DNA from: Thermoplasmatota archaeon
GTDB taxonomy: Archaea > Thermoplasmatota > E2 > DHVEG-1
DNA length: 48,474 nt
NCBI GenBank assembly: GCA_022848765.1
Contig: JAJISJ010000002.1
Location: 1-48,474 of the forward strand
Direction of reading: 5' to 3'
This document shows positions 1 to 10,690 of this stretch, one piece after another (positions within the stretch are counted from its first letter, which is position 1; each line of letters begins with the position of its first letter). Under the pieces are notes generated by a model, which had not been told where the DNA came from, did no database searches, and saw nothing but the letters and a program-made list of their open reading frames with translations. The translations under genes and the position numbers were made by a program.

Positions 1-71
1 TTCTTACCGTGCCTTCTAAAACCACAAATAATTCTCTGAAAACACCTTTTTTGAGATTTAGTCCAAGACAT
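1..71 (-). CDS. Partial hypothetical protein (5' end only; runs off the window edge)
   Basis: ATG at 71 on the minus strand reads MSWTKSQKRCFQRIICGFRRHGK to the edge without a stop; divergent from the DRG gene. Too short to identify. Confidence 0.35.
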   Translation of the reverse strand, partial: MSWTKSQKRCFQRIICGFRRHGK

Positions 72-180
72 TTATTAAAAAACCTTAAATCATATATTAA
101 AAAGATAACTTACTCTTTTAGAACTATGAATTTAATACAACAGTTTTTATTAAACTGAATGATATTTCATATAATAAAAT

Positions 181-1293
181 ATGAAAGACTCAACGATAGA
201 TGAACAGATTAAAAAAATCGAGGAAGAGATTTTTAATACACAAAAAAATAAGGCTACTGAACATCATATTGGAAAATTAAAAGCAAAGATCGCAAGATTA
301 AGAGAGGTATCTGATAAAAGAAAAATTACTAGTATAAAAGGAAAAGGTTTTGCAATAAAAAAATCAGGTGATGCGACAATTGGACTTATTGGTTTTCCAA
401 GTGTTGGTAAAAGTACTCTATTAAATAAATTAACAGATGCTAATAGTAGAGTTGGAGAATATGAGTTTACGACATTAGATGTAATACCTGGAATGATGAT
501 ATATAATGGTGCAAAAATTCAGATTCTTGACTTACCAGGATTAATAACAGGAGCGTATAAAGGTAAAGGTAGAGGTAGAGAAATAATATCCGCAATTAGG
601 AATGTTGATCTAATAATATTTATGATTGATTCACAGAATACAGAACAGCTGAATTTAATGACAAAGGAATTATATAAAGCAGGAATAAGATTAAATCAAA
701 CAAAACCTGATGTAATTATTAAAAAAACAGGGCAAGGCGGAATTAACATCAAATCAACTTTAAAACTTACTAGATTAAGTGAAATAACAATTAAATCAAT
801 TTCATCAGAATATATAACAAATGGTGAATTATTATTTAGAGACGATATTGATGAGGATCAATTAATAGATATATATATGAATAATAGAATTTATGTTCCT
901 TCTATTGTAATTATAAATAAAAAGGATCTAATTTTAAATAGTGAACTAAGTATAAGAATTAGAGAAATTAAAAATAAGGGATGGAAAGTTATAGCGATTT
1001 CTGCAAGTAAAAATCTTGGATTAAATCAATTAAAAAGCTTGTTGATTGCAGAACTTAATCTGATTAGAATTTTTATGAAACCAATAGGAAAAAATCCAGA
1101 TTATGACGATCCCTTAATTCTAAACAAAGGTCAAACTGTTGAAGATGCATGTAAAAAATTGCATAAAGATTTTATAAAAAAATTTAGACATGCACAGATT
1201 TGGGGAAGATCAGCAAAATATTCTGGTCAAAAAGTTGGATTAGATCATATACTAGCTGATAAAGATCTAATGACAATAATTATTTCTCGTTAA
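181..1293 (+). CDS. DRG/Rbg1-family OBG GTPase with C-terminal TGS domain
   Basis: N-terminal KNKATEHHIGKLKAK DRG signature, G1 GFPSVGKS, G2 YEFTT, G3 DLPG, G4 NKKD, and TGS-like end (A.IWG.SAK..GQKVGLDH.L.D.D). Confidence 0.95.
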   Translation: MKDSTIDEQIKKIEEEIFNTQKNKATEHHIGKLKAKIARLREVSDKRKITSIKGKGFAIKKSGDATIGLIGFPSVGKSTLLNKLTDANSRVGEYEFTTLDVIPGMMIYNGAKIQILDLPGLITGAYKGKGRGREIISAIRNVDLIIFMIDSQNTEQLNLMTKELYKAGIRLNQTKPDVIIKKTGQGGINIKSTLKLTRLSEITIKSISSEYITNGELLFRDDIDEDQLIDIYMNNRIYVPSIVIINKKDLILNSELSIRIREIKNKGWKVIAISASKNLGLNQLKSLLIAELNLIRIFMKPIGKNPDYDDPLILNKGQTVEDACKKLHKDFIKKFRHAQIWGRSAKYSGQKVGLDHILADKDLMTIIISR

Positions 1294-2240
1294 TTTCTTA
1301 TCAAATTTATAACATTTTTCACCATATGTTTTTGATTTAAACCATATTTTTCTAAAAGATCTTTTGGATCTCCGCTTTCGCAAAATCTATCATTTATACC
1401 CATTCTTAAAAATTTGATTGAAATATTATTATCCATTAGAGTTTCAGCAACTGCACTTCCAAGACCCCCAATTATCGAATGTTCCTCTGCAGTGATTATA
1501 GAACCAGTTTCTTTTGCGCATTTAATTATTAATTTCTTATCAATAGGTTTAATTGTATGCATATCAACAATTCTAGTATCTATACCCTTACTTTTCAGCG
1601 TTTTTTGCGCATCCAGAGCAGAATCAACCATTGTACCACATGCAATAATTGTAATATCAGCTCCATCTTCAACAATTAAACCTTCCCCTAATTTTAGATT
1701 TTGTAAATTATTTTCTTCATAAATAATAGGTGCATCCGCTCTACCTATCCTTGCATACATAGGACCATCATTTTCAACCATTAATTCAACAATTTTACCA
1801 GTTTGAACAGCATCACTTGGAGCAATAACTGTCATATTTGGTAAAACTCTCATTAGAGCAATATCCTCTATCATTTGATGACTCGCTCCATCTTTACCAA
1901 CACTTATACCCCCATGAGTTGCAAATATTTTCACATTTGATTTTGAATATGCAACATCCATTCTAATTTGATCATATACTCTTCCAGTTGCAAATACTGC
2001 GAATGTGCTAGCAAAAGCAATTTTTCCACAAGATGCCAATCCTGCTGCTGTAGATATCATATTAGCTTCAGCTATACCCATCTCAAAGAATCTATCTGGA
2101 AATTCTTTTGCAAACAAAATAGTTTTTGTCGATTTGGAAAGATCGGCATCTAAAACTACCAAATTGGAATATTTTTTACCAAGTTCAACTAGTTTTTGAC
2201 CATATGCATTTCTAGGATTGACCATAGTCTTTTTACTCAA
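1290..2240 (-). CDS. Transketolase, C-terminal (pyrimidine-binding) subunit
   Basis: DADLSKST, EMGIAEANM, DGASHQMIED and EEHSIIGGLGSAV motifs; overlaps the stop of the N-terminal subunit gene (ATGA). Confidence 0.93.
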   Translation of the reverse strand: MSKKTMVNPRNAYGQKLVELGKKYSNLVVLDADLSKSTKTILFAKEFPDRFFEMGIAEANMISTAAGLASCGKIAFASTFAVFATGRVYDQIRMDVAYSKSNVKIFATHGGISVGKDGASHQMIEDIALMRVLPNMTVIAPSDAVQTGKIVELMVENDGPMYARIGRADAPIIYEENNLQNLKLGEGLIVEDGADITIIACGTMVDSALDAQKTLKSKGIDTRIVDMHTIKPIDKKLIIKCAKETGSIITAEEHSIIGGLGSAVAETLMDNNISIKFLRMGINDRFCESGDPKDLLEKYGLNQKHMVKNVINLIRN

Positions 2241-3097
2241 ATTGAAGCCTCCAATTTTTTCTGCAAGGTGTCTAATTCTTCAATTGCTAAATTGTATTCC
2301 ATTTCATTGGGGGGAACTCCATGGAAATCAACATTATTTTCCATGAATGAAACACCCTTTCCTTTAATTGTATTTAAAATTATAACAGTTGGTGAGTTAT
2401 AATTACCATCTGCTTCATCTAAAGCTTCTAATATTTTTTTTATATCATGTCCATCTATTTCTATTACATTCCAACCAAATGAACTCCATCTATCTCTAAT
2501 AGATTCTAAACGCATAATTTTTTCAGTGTTTCCATCAATTTGTAAAAAATTTCTATCTATAAAAGCCGTAACATTATCCAGTTTATAATGCGATGCTGCA
2601 GCAGCAGCTTCCCATATTTGTCCTTCATTTGTTTCACCATCACCTAACATAACATAAGTTTTATAGTCCTTTTTATCTAATTTTGCTGCCAAAGCAACCC
2701 CATTCGCAAAAGAGAGTCCATGACCTAAAGATCCAGTTGAAGCTTCAATTCCTGGTGTACACAAGCACGCAGGATGTCCTTGTAGCATACAATTCATATT
2801 TCTAAGATTATTAAGTTCAACATGAGAAAAATATCCTAATTCTGCTAAAGTAGCATATAGGGCAGGTGCAGCATGTCCTTTACTCAAAATAAATCGATCC
2901 CTGTTTGAATCGTTGGGGTTTTTAGGATTATGGTTCATATATAAAAAATATAATGCCACTATCGCATCAACCGTTGATAATGATCCGCCAGGATGACCTG
3001 ATTTGGCTCTATATAACATTTTAATTATTTTTTTTCTAATCTTTACAGCCATAATTTCAAGTTTTCTGATAATTTCTCCATCATAGTTTTTCATCAT
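2237..3097 (-). CDS. Transketolase, N-terminal (ThDP-binding) subunit
   Basis: SGHPGGSLS, DRFILSKGHA, LQGHP, STGSLGHG and GDGE..EGQIWE ThDP motif. Start moved from the ORF-track 3211 to ATG 3097 (or 3094), which has AAGGGA upstream. Confidence 0.93.
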   Translation of the reverse strand: MMKNYDGEIIRKLEIMAVKIRKKIIKMLYRAKSGHPGGSLSTVDAIVALYFLYMNHNPKNPNDSNRDRFILSKGHAAPALYATLAELGYFSHVELNNLRNMNCMLQGHPACLCTPGIEASTGSLGHGLSFANGVALAAKLDKKDYKTYVMLGDGETNEGQIWEAAAAASHYKLDNVTAFIDRNFLQIDGNTEKIMRLESIRDRWSSFGWNVIEIDGHDIKKILEALDEADGNYNSPTVIILNTIKGKGVSFMENNVDFHGVPPNEMEYNLAIEELDTLQKKLEASI

Positions 3098-3314
3098 ATA
3101 TCCCTTTCTGAGAAAAAAATAACCCCACTTTTTTACTGAATATTTTATTGAGCTAAATACCTTTTGTAATTTTTTATTATAAAAATAATAAATCCAATTT
3201 GCTAGAATCAAATATATAATTATAAAAAATTTATTAATGCAAACCTTGAACGTATTAGAGAAAATAGCGATAGTTATTAATGATCCTTTTTATATTTCCT
3301 TCAATAGAGAATAA

Positions 3315-4646
3315 ATGGTCCTGAATGATTTAAGCGACTCTCTTAAGGGTACATTAAAAAAAATTGCAAATGCAGTATATATAGATTCAAAACTCATAAA
3401 GGAAGTTGTAAGAGATATTCAAAGAGCTCTTCTACAGTCTGATGTTAATGTAAAATTAGTTTTGACTCTTTCAAAAGAGATCGAGAAAAGAGCTTTGCAA
3501 GAAAAACCTCCAGCTGGAATGAGTAACAGAGAACATGTTATTCATATTGTATATGACGAGCTTGTGAATATATTAGGCAAATCAAGAGAATTACCAATCA
3601 AAAAACAAATAATAATGATGACAGGATTATATGGACAAGGAAAAACCACGAGTTGCGGAAAACTAGCATCATATTTTAAAAAAAGAGGGTTAAGACCCGT
3701 CCTGATAGCTGGAGACGTTCATAGACCCGCAGCATTTGAACAATTAAAACAGATAGCAGAAAAAGTCAAAGTTCCTTTTTATGGTGATAAAAATGAAAAA
3801 AATGCTGTCAGGGTTGTTAACGATGGTATAAATAAGTTTAAAAGAAATAGTGATGTGATCATTGTTGATACATCAGGTAGACATAAACTTGAAGACGTTC
3901 TAATACAAGAGATGAAGGATATTTTTCAAAATGCCAAACCTGATGAAAAATTGTTAGTGATTGATGCTGCAATGGGGCAGCAAGCAGGAACGCAAGCCAA
4001 GGCTTTCAATGATGCCGTGGATATCACTGGCATTATTCTTACAAAACTTGATGGCACAGCAAAAGGCGGTGGAGCACTTAGTGCAGCTGCTGAAGTCGGT
4101 GCGCCGATCCTATTTATTGGTACCGGTGAACACTCTGATGATTTTGAGACTTTTGATCCAGCTAGTTTTATTTCTAGAATTCTTGGGATGGGTGATATTA
4201 AATCACTATTAGAAAAAGCAGAATATAGCGTTAAAGGTAAAGATGCTGAAAAAACAGCTAAGCGTATGATGTCAGGTAAATTCACTCTTAATGACATGTA
4301 TGACCAGATGGATATGTTATCGGGTATGGGGCCATTAAATAAGATTGCTGAGATGCTTCCAGGAAATTTTACAGGCCGAATAAAAAATGTTGATATGGAC
4401 AGTACTGAAAATAAATTACAAAAATTCAGGGTCATCATGGATTCTATGACAAAAGAAGAAATGGAGAACCCGAATCTAGTCCGGTCTGCAAGGATCAAAC
4501 GGATAGCTAGAGGATCCGGTGTGGAAAATAAGGATGTAAAAGAGTTGTTAAAATATTATAATATGACAAAACGCATGATGAAAGGTATTTCAGGAAATCG
4601 TAAAATGAGAAAAAACCTTATGAAGCAATTACAATTTGGAAATTAA
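3315..4646 (+). CDS. srp54: Signal recognition particle protein SRP54
   Basis: DIQRALLQSDVNV, GLYGQGKTT, DVHRPAA, DTSGRH, TKLDGTAKGGGALS and Met-rich M domain (IMDSMT..E, RIKRIARGSG). Confidence 0.97.
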   Translation: MVLNDLSDSLKGTLKKIANAVYIDSKLIKEVVRDIQRALLQSDVNVKLVLTLSKEIEKRALQEKPPAGMSNREHVIHIVYDELVNILGKSRELPIKKQIIMMTGLYGQGKTTSCGKLASYFKKRGLRPVLIAGDVHRPAAFEQLKQIAEKVKVPFYGDKNEKNAVRVVNDGINKFKRNSDVIIVDTSGRHKLEDVLIQEMKDIFQNAKPDEKLLVIDAAMGQQAGTQAKAFNDAVDITGIILTKLDGTAKGGGALSAAAEVGAPILFIGTGEHSDDFETFDPASFISRILGMGDIKSLLEKAEYSVKGKDAEKTAKRMMSGKFTLNDMYDQMDMLSGMGPLNKIAEMLPGNFTGRIKNVDMDSTENKLQKFRVIMDSMTKEEMENPNLVRSARIKRIARGSGVENKDVKELLKYYNMTKRMMKGISGNRKMRKNLMKQLQFGN

Positions 4647-4661
4647 AAAAAAAAAATCCTT

Positions 4662-5999
4662 ATGTTGTTTAAAAATTATAATCAGATTATTTGCAATGGA
4701 GAAAATAGTGAAATTAAAAAACAAAGAAAAGAAATTCTTGATATATTAACCTTAGCGATTAAAAGTGTTGATCCATATGAAATTGTAAAAAAAAATATAA
4801 AAGAAGAACAAATTTCAATTGATAACAAAATTATAAACACTAAAAATTTTGAGAATATTTATTTAGTTGGATTTGGAAAAGCTAGTTTAAAAATGGGGGA
4901 GGCAATTTTAGATGTATTAAACATAAAAAAGGGTATCTTAATTACTAATGATCATAAAGGTAAAATAAATAGTAATATAATAAAATTATATGTAGCAGGA
5001 CATCCAATACCAAATCAAAATAGTATTAATGGTACAAATGATATTTTAAAAATGATTAAAGAATGTACAAAACAAGATCTTATACTTGTTCTCATATCTG
5101 GAGGAGGCTCTACACTTTTATGTAACCCCCGAATTGGATTAGATGATCTTAAAAAAACAACAAGTTTGTTATTAAAAACAGATATGGAAATTAGTGAGAT
5201 TAATACAATAAGAAAACATCTGTCTTTGGTTAAAGGTGGACAACTCGTTAAAAATGTAAATTGCGATGTTATTTCATTAATAATTTCAGATATTGTAAAC
5301 GATCCTATTGAATTTATTGCCTCAGGACCAACCTCTCCTGATTCAACTACTTTTGATGATGCAAAAAGAATTCTTATAAAATATGGGATATGGGATAAAA
5401 CCCCAAAAAGTGTTAGAAAAATAATTAATGATGGTCTATTAGGTAAAATTCCAGAAACACCATCAAAAGATAATCCAATTTTTAATAATGTTCAAAATTA
5501 TATTATTGCAAATAATAGATCTTTGTGTCTTGCAGCAGAAAAATATGCAAAAAAAATCGGATACGAAACAAGACTAATAACAACATGTTTAACCGGGGAA
5601 GCAAAATATGTGGGTAAAAACCTTATTGAATATATTTATAGTAATTATAAAAGTAAAACTAAGAAAGTATATATTTCTGGTGGAGAAACAACAGTGAATG
5701 TTATTGGTAATGGTAAAGGTGGAAGAAACCAAGAGATGGTTTTAGGTAGTATAAATTATCTTAATGATAAAAAAATTGTTTTTGCATCTTTTGCAACAGA
5801 TGGAATTGATGGTCATAGTAACGCTGCAGGTGCTATTGCAGATGGTTTCTCTATGAAAAGAGCTTTAAAAAAGAATTATGATCCATCATTTTTTTTAAAA
5901 AATAACAATTCATATGAATTTTTTAAATTATTAAATGATTTAATTAAAACTGGACCTACTGGTACAAACGTTATGGACATACAACTTATAATATGTTAA
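4662..5999 (+). CDS. Glycerate 2-kinase (MOFRL/TtuD family)
   Basis: GFGKAS, AGHPIP, LISGGGS, RKHLSLVKGG, IASGPT, GGETTV, GGRNQE, TDGIDG, TGPTGTNVMD. Confidence 0.92.
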   Translation: MLFKNYNQIICNGENSEIKKQRKEILDILTLAIKSVDPYEIVKKNIKEEQISIDNKIINTKNFENIYLVGFGKASLKMGEAILDVLNIKKGILITNDHKGKINSNIIKLYVAGHPIPNQNSINGTNDILKMIKECTKQDLILVLISGGGSTLLCNPRIGLDDLKKTTSLLLKTDMEISEINTIRKHLSLVKGGQLVKNVNCDVISLIISDIVNDPIEFIASGPTSPDSTTFDDAKRILIKYGIWDKTPKSVRKIINDGLLGKIPETPSKDNPIFNNVQNYIIANNRSLCLAAEKYAKKIGYETRLITTCLTGEAKYVGKNLIEYIYSNYKSKTKKVYISGGETTVNVIGNGKGGRNQEMVLGSINYLNDKKIVFASFATDGIDGHSNAAGAIADGFSMKRALKKNYDPSFFLKNNNSYEFFKLLNDLIKTGPTGTNVMDIQLIIC

Positions 6000-6175
6000 T
6001 AAATATATATACTAAATAATTTAATGTAAACTAAATTTATTAAGGAATGTAATATATCTTATATAATAATACAATTTGTTTATTATAATTTATAGTGGTA
6101 ACGAAAATACCAAAATTATTTAAGTAATAATAATATAAATTAAACATAGAGGGAAATGTAAAAGGAGAAAAGTAT

Positions 6176-9100
6176 ATGAATAAAAATAATTCATATAAAA
6201 AAATAATAATATTGATTTTTATTTTTATGATGTTATTATCAGCTAATAATAGTTCTTCATTAATTTTAGATATAGATGAAGAAGATGGCGTATATTTTGT
6301 TGATATATTTAATGAAGGAGTAAATGTAGATCTAACGAATTGTACTACTTCAAAAGAAAATGGAAGAATTATTTTGGACCCATATGGTTCAAATACAAGA
6401 CTATACGATTATTCAGATTGGAATATAGAATCAGAAGATAAGGCATATAGCTATCCCACTCCTTATTTTTTCTTGTTACTTCCTCCAAAAATTAGTATAA
6501 CTCTTTTTGAAAGGGAGTTTGATAATGAATTGGATTATGATACAATTAAAAATAAGAATAATATTTTTTATCCTTTGGAGGAATTTGATGAATCATCACC
6601 ATTAAAAATTGTTCATCATTACAGATTTAAGATAAAAGAGAATATTAATTTTACAAATGAAATAAATATATATTGGTGTGGAAAAGCAGAAAATGAGCAA
6701 AAAATCACTTTTTATTATTGGCAACCAGTGGGTTCAATAGGAAAATGGGAAGAGGCCGCATCGGGGGTTTCCAATTCATCAGTAATTGAAATTCAACAAA
6801 ATTTTACAGGTGATTTATTCATTGGTGAAGATAACTATATAGATATTTGCATTGTTGCAACGCCAGATTTCGGCGAGAGATGTTCTCTTTTTACAGATTA
6901 TGTAAAGATAACTGTTTACGGACAGGGATCATCTAGTTATGGAGCTGCCATTTCATCTGTTATATCTCCTAATTATTTAGATAGATGGGAATTTTTATTA
7001 TGGGAGGATTATGAAAAGAGTGGTACATCAATCAGATATCATATATTATATGAAAATGAAACAGGAGATTTTAATCTTATCGATGACAGTTACTTATCGG
7101 GAAATGAAGAAGGATTTACCTCATCTCCTGTTTATTTAGATTCTCTTCCTTTATATGATATAAAAATATTAGCAAATTTATCTACAATTAATCCATCCTT
7201 GTCTCCAGAAATTGATAGTTGGAGTTTAATATGGCAAACAAGTGATAAAATTTGGAGTGATCAGTTTTCTTCATCCTTTAGAATAGATGAAGTGGACAAT
7301 ATTTTATTTTCAAATGATGAAGCAAAATTGATTTTATCAGTAAATGATTGGCCAATGTTCGGAAAAAATTCAGAAAATACTAGATCATCAGATAGTTATG
7401 GACCTGATGCTGATAACCACAGTTTGTACTGGTATTCTACAACAAAATCTGGTAGTGAATATAGAAACCCCATCTTAAAAAATAATATTTTATATATTGC
7501 TTCGATCGATGGTGATATATTATATGCATTTAATGCTACAATCCCTCTCGGTGATGAGGGTTCAACAATTTTACCTGTCGATCAATCTGATATACCACAA
7601 AATACTATTGAGAGTTCACCGGCTTTAACAGAGGATGGAAAATTAATTGTAGCATCAGGTACAAGATCTAATGATGGAGACATTGATAATAAAGTATTTG
7701 CTTATAATACTCAAAATATTTTATCAGAAAATACGATTTGGGAATTTAATTATAGCGATATTGATCCAGATAATCCATATATTTGTTATTCAGCCTCACC
7801 AACTATTTATGAAGATAAAATATTAATCAGTTCATGGAGTGGAAAAAATTCCATTTGGAATTCTTTATGGAATTATTTCAATTTAACTTACGGCAACAAT
7901 AAAATTATTGCACTAAATTTTGATGGGAATCTTGAATGGGAATATGATTTACCTGCAGGTAGTTTTTCAACTCCAGCAGCACAAAACGATATAGTAATAG
8001 TAGGCTGTGAAAATAAAGATGGTAATAGTATCTTTGCTTTGGATGCAAATAACGGTGATAAATTATGGGATAACAATATTGGCCCAATTGGAAGATCTTG
8101 CCCTTTAATTTATGATGATAAAGTTTTTATTATTACAAAAGAGATAGGAATAATACCATTTACAGGTTATGAAAGTGTTATAGCTCTTGATTTAAGTGAT
8201 GGTAGTGAATTATGGAATTTATCTATTGGAGATAATATTGCAGATAATTATGAAAAAATTGCAGGAGCTTCTCCCTCGGTTAATAATGGTATCCTTTTTA
8301 CAGTTTCAGCTGATGGAACAGTATATGCATTAGATATAAATAATGGTGATGAGATATGGACAAAGAAGATTTATACAAAAAGTTTAACTTCACCCTATTT
8401 TTTAGTATCATCCCCTGTTTCAATTAATAATATTCTATATATTGGTACTCCAGATGGAATTATATATGCTTTGAATATAACAGATGGATCTATTATTTGG
8501 CAGGAGGACACATATCAAAATTCTCCTATTCAAAACTCTCCAATTGTTGTAGATGGTGTAATTTATTATTCTTCTGAAAATGGTATTTTATACAGCAGGG
8601 GCGTATTTAAAGGAATTGAAGGTGAAGTAATAACTGGATCTATAATATCAATTCCAATAAGTCTTCCAAATCCTAACTATATTTGGAATAAATTTTATGT
8701 TGAATATTCTACTTATGAAGGAGAGATAGATTTCTATATTCTTGATAAAATGGGAAATATATTGCTTGATGATATTTCTGATGGATCAAATATTTCTAAA
8801 TCAAATGTTAATAATCATGATACTATTAGATTACGTGCTGATTTTAGTGCTAACTATAGTTCAAATATTAGTGGTGAAGCGATTTTATTTGATTGGAGTG
8901 TTACATTTAAACAAGAAGGTGATTTAGATTATGAAACAATTTTTTATGAGAATAGTTTTTACTCTATAGATGTTCCACCAATATGTGGGATTGATGTTCA
9001 AAATCAATATGTTGGTTTAATGGATTCAGCACAATATAGATTTGAATATGAAAATCAATTAGGAAATTTTATTTCAGAATGGTATGATGCTGATTTTAGT

Positions 9101-10678
9101 GGTATTGAAGGAACTTTTGAAAGAGAGACAATAACAGCAGATACATCTGAAGCAGACATTACAGATAATATTTCAATTTATTTAAAAATACAATTTAAAA
9201 TAAATGACGCTGGAATTGATCAAAATGAAACAAGATCCGATTGGTATGATATTGAATATGATAATCCAGATATTGAATCACCTATTTTCTTTGAAGATAG
9301 TTTTTTACCAGAAGAAGGATGGATTTCAAAAAACAATCCAATATGTTCAATAAATGTAAAAGATGAAGGAACAGAAGGTAATATAACTGGACTAAATGTT
9401 TATACTGCATCATATACCTTAAGATATTCAGATCAAGCAGGAGTTCATTCTCATACAGAAAAAACTACAAATAATGGAATTAACGGAAGTATTTCAACAA
9501 TAAAAATAACTGCAGATATTTCACAGTTAGAATTTATTAATGATATACTTAATTTTCAACAAATAAGATTTTATATAGAAGATCTAGCAGGGAATAAAAA
9601 ATATTCTAATTATTTTGAATTAAAAACAGATGATGAAAAACCCATTTCATGGATAATCAATACTGATGAAATTCCAATAAAAACTAATATAAAATCTGTT
9701 AAAATTGATGCAACAGCAGAGGATGATATTAGCGATATTCATAATGTAACATTATTTTATTTAAAACCAGAATTTGATGATTGGAAAGAATTTGAGACAG
9801 ATTATAATTACCCATATTCTTGGGATTTTACAATTGATGATGATGAAGGTGGTGAAATTGAATTATGTACTATCGCAACAGATTTGGCAAACAATAGAGA
9901 GGACTTCCCTACAATAGGAGATATATCATTTATTTTTGATCCGAATAAACCTACAAAACCAATTTTTAATAGTGAATATATATTCGAGAATAATACTATA
10001 CCATTTTTTGATGAAATTATATTTGAGGATGATTATAAGTTGAAGAATGTAGAATATAGATTAGATTTTCATGATCAAGATAAATGGATTATGATAAATA
10101 AAAATAATATCGATGCTGATAAGTATATAACGTTATGGAATTTAACTAAAGATGATTGGGATTATATGGTTGAGGATTTTGAATACTATATATACTTTAG
10201 AATAACAGATTCTCTTGAAAATATTTATGAAACTCCTTCAAAACAAGATGCGGTCAAAATTATAAAAAACCTACAAAAAAATGTTATAACAACACCTTAT
10301 GATCCAGATATATCAGATTTAAATTCATTGAATTGGAATAATATTTATCAGATAATTGTTAATATAAGTGATAATGATATTTCGGAAATAAAATTATTAT
10401 ACAGATATTCTCAAAATAATGAAAACTGGAGTAGTTGGATACAATATGGAGAATCTATAAATTCCTCACCATTTGAATGGGACTTCAGTGTTGATAATGG
10501 AAGTGGGTTTTATGAATTTAAAACTCAAGTATTAGATTCTTCTGGAAAATATCATGATTCTGAAATTCAATCTGCAAATGTAATATTATTTCCAACATAT
10601 CTGATTATTGCCATGGTTATATCAATAATCTTTTTGTTAATTGTGACCGCTATTATAATTAAAAGGTTTAAAAAATAG
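6176..10678 (+). CDS. Large acidic cell-surface (glyco)protein with PQQ-like beta-propeller, Ig-like repeats and C-terminal membrane anchor
   Basis: N-terminal signal peptide (KKIIILIFIFMMLLSA), DWPMFGKN..NT followed by repeated SSP...ALD...G...W blades, many N-x-S/T sequons, and a C-terminal hydrophobic helix ending KRFKK. Confidence 0.8.
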   Translation: MNKNNSYKKIIILIFIFMMLLSANNSSSLILDIDEEDGVYFVDIFNEGVNVDLTNCTTSKENGRIILDPYGSNTRLYDYSDWNIESEDKAYSYPTPYFFLLLPPKISITLFEREFDNELDYDTIKNKNNIFYPLEEFDESSPLKIVHHYRFKIKENINFTNEINIYWCGKAENEQKITFYYWQPVGSIGKWEEAASGVSNSSVIEIQQNFTGDLFIGEDNYIDICIVATPDFGERCSLFTDYVKITVYGQGSSSYGAAISSVISPNYLDRWEFLLWEDYEKSGTSIRYHILYENETGDFNLIDDSYLSGNEEGFTSSPVYLDSLPLYDIKILANLSTINPSLSPEIDSWSLIWQTSDKIWSDQFSSSFRIDEVDNILFSNDEAKLILSVNDWPMFGKNSENTRSSDSYGPDADNHSLYWYSTTKSGSEYRNPILKNNILYIASIDGDILYAFNATIPLGDEGSTILPVDQSDIPQNTIESSPALTEDGKLIVASGTRSNDGDIDNKVFAYNTQNILSENTIWEFNYSDIDPDNPYICYSASPTIYEDKILISSWSGKNSIWNSLWNYFNLTYGNNKIIALNFDGNLEWEYDLPAGSFSTPAAQNDIVIVGCENKDGNSIFALDANNGDKLWDNNIGPIGRSCPLIYDDKVFIITKEIGIIPFTGYESVIALDLSDGSELWNLSIGDNIADNYEKIAGASPSVNNGILFTVSADGTVYALDINNGDEIWTKKIYTKSLTSPYFLVSSPVSINNILYIGTPDGIIYALNITDGSIIWQEDTYQNSPIQNSPIVVDGVIYYSSENGILYSRGVFKGIEGEVITGSIISIPISLPNPNYIWNKFYVEYSTYEGEIDFYILDKMGNILLDDISDGSNISKSNVNNHDTIRLRADFSANYSSNISGEAILFDWSVTFKQEGDLDYETIFYENSFYSIDVPPICGIDVQNQYVGLMDSAQYRFEYENQLGNFISEWYDADFSGIEGTFERETITADTSEADITDNISIYLKIQFKINDAGIDQNETRSDWYDIEYDNPDIESPIFFEDSFLPEEGWISKNNPICSINVKDEGTEGNITGLNVYTASYTLRYSDQAGVHSHTEKTTNNGINGSISTIKITADISQLEFINDILNFQQIRFYIEDLAGNKKYSNYFELKTDDEKPISWIINTDEIPIKTNIKSVKIDATAEDDISDIHNVTLFYLKPEFDDWKEFETDYNYPYSWDFTIDDDEGGEIELCTIATDLANNREDFPTIGDISFIFDPNKPTKPIFNSEYIFENNTIPFFDEIIFEDDYKLKNVEYRLDFHDQDKWIMINKNNIDADKYITLWNLTKDDWDYMVEDFEYYIYFRITDSLENIYETPSKQDAVKIIKNLQKNVITTPYDPDISDLNSLNWNNIYQIIVNISDNDISEIKLLYRYSQNNENWSSWIQYGESINSSPFEWDFSVDNGSGFYEFKTQVLDSSGKYHDSEIQSANVILFPTYLIIAMVISIIFLLIVTAIIIKRFKK

Positions 10679-10690
10679 TTGAAATATAGC

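Noticed and set aside
1414-2402. Several plus-strand ORFs opposite the transketolase genes
   Set aside because: Antisense shadows fully overlapping well-supported CDSs.
3098-3211. N-terminal extension of transketolase in the ORF track (likewise NOG1 11654-11722 and LigA 14315-14344)
   Set aside because: AT-rich upstream sequence read from a distant start; family homology begins at the downstream ATG.
3926-4498. 190-aa antisense ORF inside srp54
   Set aside because: Shadow of a conserved gene's codon pattern; no motifs.
4645-4656. Poly-A run after the srp54 stop, considered as a phase-variation or slippage site
   Set aside because: Intergenic, with both flanking genes intact; A-runs are common in this AT-rich sequence.
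7340-8600. Calling the propeller a PQQ-dependent dehydrogenase or BamB
   Set aside because: Only the structural blade repeats are visible; no catalytic evidence, and archaea lack the BAM outer-membrane system.
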